Virus record (IMG/VR): IMGVR_UViG_3300045988_101293
Coordinates: 1 to 62,254 of that record
DNA length: 62,254 nt
Strand: one strand, 5' to 3'
Origin: a virus
A program made the position numbers and the translations under genes. How positions within the stretch are numbered: the first letter of the stretch is position 1; each line of letters opens with the position of its first letter. Shown in pieces: positions 53,236 to 61,775 of this stretch. Below the pieces are notes generated by a model. That model was given only the letters and a program-made list of their open reading frames with translations. It searched no databases and was not told the origin of the DNA.

Positions 53236-54270
53236 TCAGTGTCCGTTAAATCCCTTTACTACTTTTTTCTTTTTATGTTCAGTAGGCTTAGGCTGCGGTT
53301 TGGGTTGTTGCCTTACTTGTCGCCCTGCTGAATAAACGCGTGTGTTTTTTACTCGCTTCACTTGGCCCGTTGTACCATCTACAACAGTACCAGACGTTTC
53401 AGTTTTTGGATAAGTTCCGCCAATGCGTTCTGTTTCTGAAACCGCTTCGTCACGTGTGTAAACGTGGTTTACCACATCACCATCTTTATTAAACACAGGG
53501 TATTTGGGGGTTGAACCCTTGCCACCGCCTTTGCCACCACTACCTTTTCCGCTACCAGCCTTATTGGCTCTTATTACGGATGCTGCTGCGGTGGTAGTTG
53601 CAGCATTGCCACGTTTTTGGTTCAATTCAATTTGCGACTTTTGCACGGCTGGCTTACCCTCCTCCGTCACCTTGCGAGCTTCATTCAATCCTTGCTGAGT
53701 TTCTTGCGTCTTAACATAAGCATTAGCCTTAGTTCTGTCGTTCTCGTTCTGTGCATTGCGTCGGTTAATGAGCGATTGAAGGTTGCGGTCTTTCTGTGCC
53801 AAATCAATCAATGCCTTGCGTGCCGTATAATCACGATTGTTGAGGTTGAGCATGGCCTTGTCATAGACATCTTTTGCCTTTGCTCTGCGTGCCAAATAAT
53901 CGTCATATCGCTTTGTGTAAGCATCGCTTAAAGGTGTGGCCGTTTTAACGTTTGGGGTGGGGGCATAACCCTTAGCTGCCCCAATTCGTGCAAGGGCCGA
54001 AATGCCATCACCTATCGAAGCAATGAGGTTGTTGCGATACTGCCGTTTGCGCTCCTTTCGTTCCTCCTCTTCATTGTACGATGCGTTCAGCCTATCGCGC
54101 TCCTTTTGCAGCGTGTCAAGGTAGTCAAGCAACCCACCTGCATACTGCTGCGTGGTGGCAGGAGTGGGCGCGTTTGTGTCGGTGCGTAAACTATCAGTCG
54201 TTGGTTGAACAATGGGTTCGCTCGCTGATTGCTCCACCTTGTTTTTATCTTTTTCGTCAGTGTCGGTCAT
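53236..54270 (-). CDS. Lys/Gln/Gly-rich low-complexity internal-virion-like protein
   Basis: 344 aa with coiled and GSGKGSGGKGGGKGS tracts. Its stop abuts the start of the giant ORF (2-nt gap) and its start overlaps the stop of 54267..54908 by 4 nt. Confidence 0.4.
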   Translation of the reverse strand: MTDTDEKDKNKVEQSASEPIVQPTTDSLRTDTNAPTPATTQQYAGGLLDYLDTLQKERDRLNASYNEEEERKERKRQYRNNLIASIGDGISALARIGAAKGYAPTPNVKTATPLSDAYTKRYDDYLARRAKAKDVYDKAMLNLNNRDYTARKALIDLAQKDRNLQSLINRRNAQNENDRTKANAYVKTQETQQGLNEARKVTEEGKPAVQKSQIELNQKRGNAATTTAAASVIRANKAGSGKGSGGKGGGKGSTPKYPVFNKDGDVVNHVYTRDEAVSETERIGGTYPKTETSGTVVDGTTGQVKRVKNTRVYSAGRQVRQQPKPQPKPTEHKKKKVVKGFNGH

Positions 54271-54908
54271 AATGTAGTTCCGTTAATTCGCTTCAAGTAT
54301 TCATTTGATTGCTGATTGGCAAGTACTTCTGATAAATCTTTCGTCCTTTGCCACGTCTGCATTTCTGCTGGTGTAATTGATGGATCATTCACCTTTGCTT
54401 GCTTTTGTGGCTTACTATCGATCGCATTTGCCATTGTGCCTATGGCCGAAATGGCTTGTGCGCCAGTGTCGGCAATGTTCTGTGCGCGTTCCGACTCCAT
54501 CTCTCCAAGTTCCTTGTTGATAGTCCTGTCCTGATTACGATAACTCTCTTCCACTTGTTCCTTGCGAGCTTCGCCTTGCGCTGCAATGGCACTGGCAGTG
54601 TCGCTCATGGCCTTAGCATTAGCCTCTTTGGTGGCAGCAACACTCTCTTCAGTTCCACCCACCACGGCTTGCGTTCCTGCTGCTTCGCGGTTGCGATTGC
54701 GAATGGCTTCTTGCGTTTGCTGTAACAAACGTTGTGCATCAGCGCGTTGCGTTGCGTCCTCATTGTAACGTCTGCTGTACCATGCTTCGTTTTCAGCCTT
54801 TTCACGTGCCAACTGCTTTTTCTTTTTACGTGCAGCTTGTGCCGATTTTATGCCACTAAAAATAGAACTGCCTATTGCAGTAGCAGCACCAATAATTGCT
54901 CCAATCAT
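54267..54908 (-). CDS. Internal-virion-like protein with an N-terminal glycine-zipper TM helix
   Basis: MIGAIIGAATAIGSSIFSGI followed by a charged coiled region. Confidence 0.4.
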   Translation of the reverse strand: MIGAIIGAATAIGSSIFSGIKSAQAARKKKKQLAREKAENEAWYSRRYNEDATQRADAQRLLQQTQEAIRNRNREAAGTQAVVGGTEESVAATKEANAKAMSDTASAIAAQGEARKEQVEESYRNQDRTINKELGEMESERAQNIADTGAQAISAIGTMANAIDSKPQKQAKVNDPSITPAEMQTWQRTKDLSEVLANQQSNEYLKRINGTTL

Positions 54909-55039
54909 AAATTCTGTATTTTAAGTTAAATTTTGAGTAAATGTACAATGCGCGTTTCATAGCTGTTTTTTATTTCCAACTTTATCTACTAAAATCTATT
55001 AGTAGACAACTTAAAACGCTGCCGATAACAAAGAAAAAT

Positions 55040-55073
55040 GCTAACGATAACAAAAAAAATTGTTGCCGTTAGC
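55040..55073 (-). terminator. Intrinsic terminator downstream of the PI-PLC-like gene
   Basis: GCTAACG..AACAA-A6-TTGTT..CGTTAGC. On the minus strand it is followed by ATTTTTC. Confidence 0.5.
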
Positions 55074-55090
55074 GTTTTCATTTGCTCCTA

Positions 55091-55654
55091 TTACAAAAAA
55101 TCAACAAGCGTGTATTGCTCTTCGTTAAACTCTGGGTGGTTGTGGTAAATCTTTTTCCATAACCATGGAATCGGGATATACGTATGCCAAGAGTGTCCGT
55201 CTAATGGGAGAAATCCTTGTCTACATGGAATCTCATTATACACGTGATATATAGTCCATTTGGGGTGCTTGTGGGCAATGTAAGTGGGAATTAGCAGATT
55301 AGTATAGCGAACTTCAAACCATGTTCTAAAAAGTCTGCATAATACAGGGTCTCCTCTCTCCAATGTGAATGAAACATATATCGGTTGTCTAAAGTTACGT
55401 GATGCAAAATATATATCGTCTAATATATTTTCAAGCGTTTTTTGGCTCGTCCATAGGCCGTGTGCAGCTCTCCATATACCAAGCTTATCAATAGCGAATC
55501 TTATGTCAAAATATCTACATCCCATATTGATTTGGGATGCGATATCGCGGTCTTGGCATTTCGAAAATGGTGTTACTAACAACGATATGAATCCTTTGCC
55601 TTTTTCGCCTGTAGCACTATTGTGCGTACCAATTTTAGGTAGTATGCAATCCAT
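55091..55654 (-). CDS. PI-PLC X-domain-like phosphodiesterase (short, 187 aa)
   Basis: IGTHNS, SQINMGCRYFDIRF and AAHGLW mirror the bacterial PI-PLC motifs PGTHD(T/S), GIRYIDIR and YHG. Confidence 0.6.
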   Translation of the reverse strand: MDCILPKIGTHNSATGEKGKGFISLLVTPFSKCQDRDIASQINMGCRYFDIRFAIDKLGIWRAAHGLWTSQKTLENILDDIYFASRNFRQPIYVSFTLERGDPVLCRLFRTWFEVRYTNLLIPTYIAHKHPKWTIYHVYNEIPCRQGFLPLDGHSWHTYIPIPWLWKKIYHNHPEFNEEQYTLVDFL

Positions 55655-55799
55655 GTTTTTGCTTTAATTTACTTAATTGTCTAATCGCTTCATCAAGAGC
55701 TTCGCCATATTCTTTAGCGGTCACTTGAGGCTTATCAATTGCTCCTCTTCGCCATTTTTGGTGTAGTCGCAAAATGTGTATTACTTGTTCTATCGTCAT
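55635..55799 (-). CDS. 54-aa protein with an HQKWRRG motif
   Basis: Hand translation: MTIEQVIHILRLHQKWRRGAIDKPQVTAKEYGEALDEAIRQLSKLKQKHGLHTT. Overlaps the PI-PLC start. Confidence 0.4.
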   Translation of the reverse strand: MTIEQVIHILRLHQKWRRGAIDKPQVTAKEYGEALDEAIRQLSKLKQKHGLHTT

Positions 55800-55929
55800 G
55801 ATAAGAAACATCCACCATCGGTCACGAACCGAATGTCACCCGACATGCTGAAAAAAAACAAACAACAACTCTGTTATAATTAAGGATTAATAATATGCGT
55901 GTTGATGAGGTGGATGCTATTGCTTAATA

Positions 55930-56335
55930 TTAATTTTTTGATGAACTGTTTTCTAATCGCGCAATGCGAGTACCTAACACTTTGATGTATTCGTTCATGA
56001 GTAAGCGTTGGAAAAGCAAAAGGCTTAATTGTATTGGTTCCATTTGTTCTACTCCGTCATCAAGTGATTTATCAAGTTTTTGTATTCTAACACTTAATTC
56101 GTGACGTTCGATATACAATCGGTCAACAATGGTAGTTGCACATTTGTATGAACGTTCAAATACATCTTTTGGCGACCATGAATCGTATGTACTTCCGTCA
56201 GGGTTAGTGTACTGAACGTGATACCCCTTTCGCCATTCATGGTTGTCCTCATTCTTGCGAGCATAGCCTTTCTTAACAGCTATATCTTCGTTTGTAATCG
56301 TCTAAATGAGTTTCTTTAATTTTTTTCTCTTCCAT
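55930..56335 (-). pseudogene. Gene with a displaced start: a 124-codon open frame with no ATG/GTG/TTG in its first 61 codons, preceded by an in-frame TAG; the ATG lies in another frame
   Basis: The open frame 56301..55930 begins TITNEDIAVKKGYARKNEDNHEWRKGYHVQYTNPDGSTYDSWSPKDVFERSY. TAG at 56304..56302. The ATG at 56335 opens a 20-codon ORF in the -1 register and carries an A7 run (56320..56326). Confidence 0.5.
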
Positions 56336-56463
56336 GTCTTTATTATTTTTGAGTGTTACTTTCTTTCTTAGGTGCGAACGAATCGCATTCACGTGATGGC
56401 GAAATGCCAAAATCGAAAAGATATTATAACAAAAAAGGGTAGGAAACAATCCTAACTTTTTTA

Positions 56464-57290
56464 TTATCGCTTAATATTCCAAATTGGTTCAGAACCACCA
56501 CCTACCATGACATCAATGTTGGCACCGTTCTTGTTCGATACGGTCTCAATCCATTTAAGATTGATGAATTGAGATGCGGTTAAGTTCATTTCTTGCATAT
56601 AAGCCTTGTCGGCCTTAGCCTTTTGTCTTTCAGCTTTTTCACGTGCAACTTGAACTTCGTATTCTCGTTCTTGTGTTTGTTTTGCTTGAACAACCTTTGC
56701 AGTTCTGTTCATTTCGCCAAGTTGTTCCTTGTTAGGGGTAGCCTTACCTATGATTACCTCTTTAATAACAACTGGCATTTCTTTCTGTTTTGAAAGTTGC
56801 TTGACGTATTCTCGCATTTGCGTAAGAATTTTATTGTCTATTTCGTTCAACACGGAACGATTCGACATTAAATCAAACGGAGAATGTTGCGATATGTGGT
56901 CGCGGACAAGGTTACAGAAGTAGTTATACAAGTTTACGTTAAACCAATCAACTCCAAGTTCTTTACAAGGATTGGAGACTTTCCTTTCTCTATTTGTGTG
57001 ATGATAACGGAGTGAAAGTCCAATGGTGTGTTATCATCTGAAAACAAATCGTCTAATGTTATCTCATGGCGAACAGGTACGATTTTGATAGGTATAGCAT
57101 CTGTCGTTAGTGCGCACCATGTTAGTCCAGAAGACACAGGTATATCGTCAACTCCACCATGCCCAAAGAACCAAGGGTGCTTAATAAGCACGGCTTCTTC
57201 ATCAGCTTCTGGGCGAACTCCACTGCATGAAGTATTCATTAGCGATCCTAATACGATTGCTGCTAAAACAGAAAGTTTAATCTTTTTCAT
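56464..57290 (-). pseudogene. SPFH/Band-7-like lipoprotein split by a 1-nt frameshift near 56952..56957
   Basis: The N-terminal ORF (lipoprotein signal MKKIKLSVLAAIVLGSLMNTSC) ends ...SPILVKNLELIGLT*. The -1 frame reads ...KELGVDWFNVNLYNYFCNLVRD and continues as the second ORF, which has the SPFH-type C-terminal region. Confidence 0.55.
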
Positions 57291-57807
57291 TTTCTTTATA
57301 TTGTTTTTTAGTACCTACCAATTTAACGGTCTCTTCATTCAAGGGAAGACATTGTTTAAAAACTCTTTGTGTGAAAGTACCAAGTTTTTCATTTAAATCA
57401 CAATAAAAAACATTTGCTCCCGTGAATAAAATATTACCTGTGTGAACTGCAATGCGCCAAACTTCGTTACTATTGCGTACTACACATGATTGAAATTTGG
57501 TTGGCAAAAATGTATATTCAGCACTGCCAAATATCTTAATGAGGACATCATTCTCATTTTCTCCATTTCCCTCGTCAAACAATCCATGTTCGTCTGTTTG
57601 AAAGTAATAGATAACCCCGTTATACTTATCGGCAAAAAGTTGATTGCCATAAACCTCGTTCCATGTCTGAGGTGTAAGAATGTTTTCTGATAGCCATGAA
57701 ACGTTTTTGCCGTTTCGCTTTAAAAAGCCACCTTTGACGTATCCAGACTTAATACGTCTTGCCAAGTTTAAATCAAATGGCACGATTTTTGAATTTTCTT
57801 TTGTCAT
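57277..57807 (-). CDS. Member 4 of a tandem paralog family (function unknown)
   Basis: N-terminal KIVPFDLNLARRI and C-terminal CLPLNEETVKLVGTKKQY match the other members. Confidence 0.5.
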   Translation of the reverse strand: MTKENSKIVPFDLNLARRIKSGYVKGGFLKRNGKNVSWLSENILTPQTWNEVYGNQLFADKYNGVIYYFQTDEHGLFDEGNGENENDVLIKIFGSAEYTFLPTKFQSCVVRNSNEVWRIAVHTGNILFTGANVFYCDLNEKLGTFTQRVFKQCLPLNEETVKLVGTKKQYKENEKD

Positions 57808-57970
57808 ATCTTGTTTTTATGTAATTAATAAAAGTGTAATCTTTCTCTGTTAAGAAGTCGGGAGCAAATTTTTTTATCTCCTCTAAGTGTGCGTATACGG
57901 TACGCGGATAGGCTAATGAACCATCACATCGTCTACGCATATAACTTCTAAGTATCTTCTCTCTGTCCAT
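57773..57970 (-). CDS. Small Cys-containing protein, paralog of 429..617
   Basis: RRRCDGSLAYPRTVYAHLEEI. Confidence 0.5.
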   Translation of the reverse strand: MDREKILRSYMRRRCDGSLAYPRTVYAHLEEIKKFAPDFLTEKDYTFINYIKTRYDKRKFKNRAI

Positions 57971-58112
57971 TACGATAAAAGTTTATTTCTTCGTCTGTTA
58001 ATGTATCGTTTAAACTCTTTTACGCTGTCAAATCGCCCTAAAACGTTGTTTACAACCTTGTTTTTGTGTTTTGTGCGGCCTTGCTTCGTCCTTGGTTCGC
58101 TGCTCATATAGC

Positions 58113-58310
58113 TCATTTTACACCCATACTACCTATCCCGTTAGCATTTCTCTCGCTGCCTGATAGCTTCTTCGCCTCCACATATCCACGAATAAAACCA
58201 TTAAGGCAGGCCTTTGCCATCAGTGGCGTGCAAGTGCGCTGCTCGCCACACTCGTCACAGCGTATTCGGTCTGCAGCCTCACGCGCCCTTTGTTGCGGTG
58301 TTCTTTGCAT
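58113..58310 (-). CDS. Small Cys-rich protein
   Basis: RIRCDECGEQRTCTPLMAKAC. Confidence 0.4.
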   Translation of the reverse strand: MQRTPQQRAREAADRIRCDECGEQRTCTPLMAKACLNGFIRGYVEAKKLSGSERNANGIGSMGVK

Positions 58311-58406
58311 CAGCTAAATTCTTATAATGTTCGATAATGTGCCCAAATTCTCTGTAAGCCATGTACGCACCATAAACGAACCCAACAGCAGTAGAAATTA
58401 TTGTTA

Positions 58407-58718
58407 TCATGCCTTGCCCTCCTCTTCTTTGTCCTTAGCAAAAAGCTTGTATGCGCGCTTCATCTCAGCGTCAAGGTAGGCTTCCTCCTCCTCCTTGTTC
58501 ATAAGACCTCGAACATACTTCATATCTCTGTCGTACATCTTCATGGTGTCAGGAATATAGGTCACACTCCTGTATTTTTTCGTATAGAGCATGGCGTGTA
58601 AGCACAACTCATCAAGTGCCCAATAGCAATGTTCAAAATCCGTATGGTCAGAGTTCTGTATGGCATTGTCAAGCACTGCATACAGTTCTTTCAGATATTC
58701 TACTAAAAGTCTCGTCAT
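58407..58718 (-). CDS. Hypothetical protein
   Basis: 103-aa ORF. Confidence 0.4.
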   Translation of the reverse strand: MTRLLVEYLKELYAVLDNAIQNSDHTDFEHCYWALDELCLHAMLYTKKYRSVTYIPDTMKMYDRDMKYVRGLMNKEEEEAYLDAEMKRAYKLFAKDKEEEGKA

Positions 58719-58916
58719 GATTTATTCGTTTGAACTGGTTATAACTAATTTTACATCTGTCATATCGTTTTATGTTTAATCATTATCGGGCAGTCGCGCC
58801 CGTTCGGCCTTGCGAAATAGCAACCCTTGTGAATGTTGCTTTTATCATGTTCTGTATGCGACAGTGCAAAGCGCAAACAAGCCTTGCGCTCCTTGCAGCC
58901 TTGCCCGTCACATGAT

Positions 58917-59438
58917 TTAATCTTGCCCATTTCCGTCAAGCTCTTGCATCAATTGCTCGTAGCTCTTGGTGGTGCCTACCAATCGTTCGGTCACCTTTGA
59001 TAGTGGAAGGACGTCTCCCCAAGTGTATTTTTGGCGTCCTGGACCATAAAATAGCACATCACCATCAGTATTCTTTCCAGCACAGGCCAAAACATTCCAA
59101 GGTTCATCATCGCAATCTCTCACCAAACAAGGTTGCCACTTTTGCGGCACAAAGTTGGAGTAGTCCTTGTAGTAGGTGGGGACTTCGAGGTGGATGGCGA
59201 ACTTTTCTCTATTGTCTATTTCTTTACCTTCGTTATTATAAGATAAGGCGATTTCATTGTCACCTAAATCAATAAGAGCTACAAGGCGATTTTTGCCTCC
59301 AAAATGTCTATAATCATAACAAATAATTCGTACTTCGTGTCCGTCATCCGTTACAATTCGTCCTTTTGCTTCCTTGTTAGTAATCTTCTTCGCCAATTCA
59401 AGGTCGAAGGGGATTTTCTTAAATCTTGTTTGTGTCAT
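58917..59438 (-). CDS. Member 3 of the tandem paralog family
   Basis: FKKIPFDLELAKKITN...FVPQKWQPCLVRD...LPLSKVTERLVGTTKSYEQLMQELD. Confidence 0.5.
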   Translation of the reverse strand: MTQTRFKKIPFDLELAKKITNKEAKGRIVTDDGHEVRIICYDYRHFGGKNRLVALIDLGDNEIALSYNNEGKEIDNREKFAIHLEVPTYYKDYSNFVPQKWQPCLVRDCDDEPWNVLACAGKNTDGDVLFYGPGRQKYTWGDVLPLSKVTERLVGTTKSYEQLMQELDGNGQD

Positions 59439-59998
59439 TGTTGTTCGTTTTTAGCTGTTGCAGTTGATTCTGCATCAAGTTCTTGTATCAGTTGCTCGTA
59501 GCTTTTGGTAGTGCCTATCAAGCGTTCGGTAATTTTGGAGAGTGGTAGTTTGAAGTCCCACAGAATGTCTCCACTACAACAATTACTACTATCATAGAAT
59601 GTTACTTGTTGCTTGTTATCAGCACAAACTCTTACTTTCCAATGGTCATAAATTGATTCTCTCACCAAACAAGGTTGCCACTTTTGTGGGATAAAGTTTG
59701 AATAGTCGCGGTTGTAAGTAGGGACTTCGATTAGGAGGTCATAGTCTGTTTCTTCATTAAGAAGAATCATACCATCATCTCTAACCGCGAACACACCTTC
59801 ACTTCCGTCTTTATTCGTCACAAGCGCAACTATGTTTTTGGGCGGGTCAAAAATATCTTCATTTTCCTTTCTGTCAAAACAAATAATTCTTGCTTGGCGT
59901 CCGTCTCGCGTAACGATGTGCCCTTTAATCTCCACGTTCGTTATTTTCTTTGCAAGTTCAAGGTTGAAGGGTACTCTCTTAAATGTTGTTCGTGTCAT
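59435..59998 (-). CDS. Member 2 of the tandem paralog family
   Basis: FKRVPFNLELAKKITN...FIPQKWQPCLVRE...LPLSKITERLIGTTKSYEQLIQELD. Confidence 0.5.
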   Translation of the reverse strand: MTRTTFKRVPFNLELAKKITNVEIKGHIVTRDGRQARIICFDRKENEDIFDPPKNIVALVTNKDGSEGVFAVRDDGMILLNEETDYDLLIEVPTYNRDYSNFIPQKWQPCLVRESIYDHWKVRVCADNKQQVTFYDSSNCCSGDILWDFKLPLSKITERLIGTTKSYEQLIQELDAESTATAKNEQQ

Positions 59999-60456
59999 TC
60001 TTCTGGTTTTTTTGTTGTTCCAAGTAAGTGTTCGTTACCCTCATAGGGAATACACTGCCTCCACCATGAGCTAATGCAAACAAAAACGCCCTCCTTATCA
60101 CCTAAGTGACAAAAAAAGTCACACCCCCATTTTCTATCATCTCTATCTCGCACAAGAACTTTATCGAACGGCTTGAACTGATGTTTCGGTTGTGTGTCAG
60201 TTACTTGGTTAGTCACTCCAAACTTGCTCCAATCGCGTTGTGTCTTGGATGGGAAAAGTGTAAGCTCAGCATCTGTTATATTACTTTTACCATCTTTTGT
60301 AAAACTAACTACTTTTCCACTACTTATGACATAACAATATATAGGATATGTAGAAGGCGTTGTAATCGGAGTACCCGCTAAGCTTAATTCACCATGTATT
60401 GGACTATATAGTTTTGTTCCATTTGGGCAATTTTTCAATATTTCTGCAATATTCAT
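59995..60456 (-). CDS. Member 1 (divergent) of the tandem paralog family
   Basis: C-terminal FKPFDKVLVRDRDDRKW...CIPYEGNEHLLGTTKKP. Confidence 0.45.
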   Translation of the reverse strand: MNIAEILKNCPNGTKLYSPIHGELSLAGTPITTPSTYPIYCYVISSGKVVSFTKDGKSNITDAELTLFPSKTQRDWSKFGVTNQVTDTQPKHQFKPFDKVLVRDRDDRKWGCDFFCHLGDKEGVFVCISSWWRQCIPYEGNEHLLGTTKKPEE

Positions 60457-60483
60457 TGTTTCTTGTTTTTATTGTAAGACCAT

Positions 60484-61062
60484 TCATTCATTTGCTTCAA
60501 TCCAGTCCATTAGCCAAAGCTTTTGCTTTTGGGTGGCATGGAAGCAATTTTGTATATAATCGTAATAGTCTGCGTATGGGGCACGCTGAATTTCACCACC
60601 ATAGTCCTTGTGTGCATGAGCAATGTAATGCATCTTGCCAGCATCGTCAATGTGATGTATTTTTATGAGCGTTCCATCGCAATTACGCACAATATCACCT
60701 TTACTTACCATATTGGGTTCAAGATGAACGCAGAATTGACATCGCAAAAAAGAACTTTGCTTAATAAACGCGTCAAATTCATCGATGGTGTGCTCACCCT
60801 CCCAAAATAGGGATGTGAAAGCCCCATATCTTCGTTTATCGTCTACAGACCAAGGTCTGCCATACACAGTCCACTCTCTGTCCAAAAAGCGTGCTTGTGC
60901 AATAATTCCATTGGTCATTATCCAATCGTACATGTGATTTTTTAAATTATCCCATGTGTCGCAGTAGTCAGGAAGAGGCAACGTATTTCCCCTTACAAGC
61001 AAGGGGGAATATTTACAATCGCCATGTGTCCCGAAATAAAACATTCGTTGTTTCTTTTCCAT
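60484..61062 (-). CDS. Hypothetical protein (His/Cys/Trp-rich)
   Basis: 192-aa ORF. Confidence 0.4.
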   Translation of the reverse strand: MEKKQRMFYFGTHGDCKYSPLLVRGNTLPLPDYCDTWDNLKNHMYDWIMTNGIIAQARFLDREWTVYGRPWSVDDKRRYGAFTSLFWEGEHTIDEFDAFIKQSSFLRCQFCVHLEPNMVSKGDIVRNCDGTLIKIHHIDDAGKMHYIAHAHKDYGGEIQRAPYADYYDYIQNCFHATQKQKLWLMDWIEANE

Positions 61063-61074
61063 ATTGTTTTGAGG

Positions 61075-61758
61075 TTATTCTTTTACTTTAATTCCGTAGT
61101 ATTGAAAGAACAAATCTTCAAATTGTTTTGCTGCATATAGTGCTGATTCTTCGCTGTTAAAGCACAAGGGGAAACCATAATTCGTAACCGTATACGCACC
61201 ACGAATAAGCGCATGCGCACAGCGGACAACCGCACTCCCCGTATAAAGCGCAAGAGCACAGGAGAGGAGCTGCTTAATACCCTTTCTCTGCTTCTCCTCC
61301 TCACTCATGCGCTCAATTTCTTCCTTGAAGTAGATCACCCAGTAAGGGTAATAGCTCCAGCCATCCTTATCACGCCAAACGCCATTGTTCATAGCCTTTT
61401 GGATAATCAACAATTTGTAGAGTGCTTGTGCTTGTCCTTGCGCTTCTCTATCTCCACCCATACTGCCAGTAAGTAGGTGTTCTTTCATGCCCAACTTCTC
61501 ACAAGCATCTGCAAAGGTTTTGATTTCGTGAAAGTCAAATACTTTGTTATCCATTGTTGTTCGTTTTTTATTTATCGTAAAACCTCTTTTTTCTAATTCT
61601 TCTATGAGGTAAGAATCATCAAGATTGCTGATAAATCTCTGTTGTTGCTCTTCAGTGCATTCTTCAAATATATTTTCAAGCACTTTTGATTGTTGGTATT
61701 CTGAAACAGACTGAAGAATGTCGGTATCTTCAATATATGATGTGATTTCTACTTCCAT
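61075..61758 (-). CDS. Hypothetical protein
   Basis: 227-aa ORF. Confidence 0.4.
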   Translation of the reverse strand: MEVEITSYIEDTDILQSVSEYQQSKVLENIFEECTEEQQQRFISNLDDSYLIEELEKRGFTINKKRTTMDNKVFDFHEIKTFADACEKLGMKEHLLTGSMGGDREAQGQAQALYKLLIIQKAMNNGVWRDKDGWSYYPYWVIYFKEEIERMSEEEKQRKGIKQLLSCALALYTGSAVVRCAHALIRGAYTVTNYGFPLCFNSEESALYAAKQFEDLFFQYYGIKVKE

Positions 61759-61775
61759 TTTGTTAGTTTATTTGT

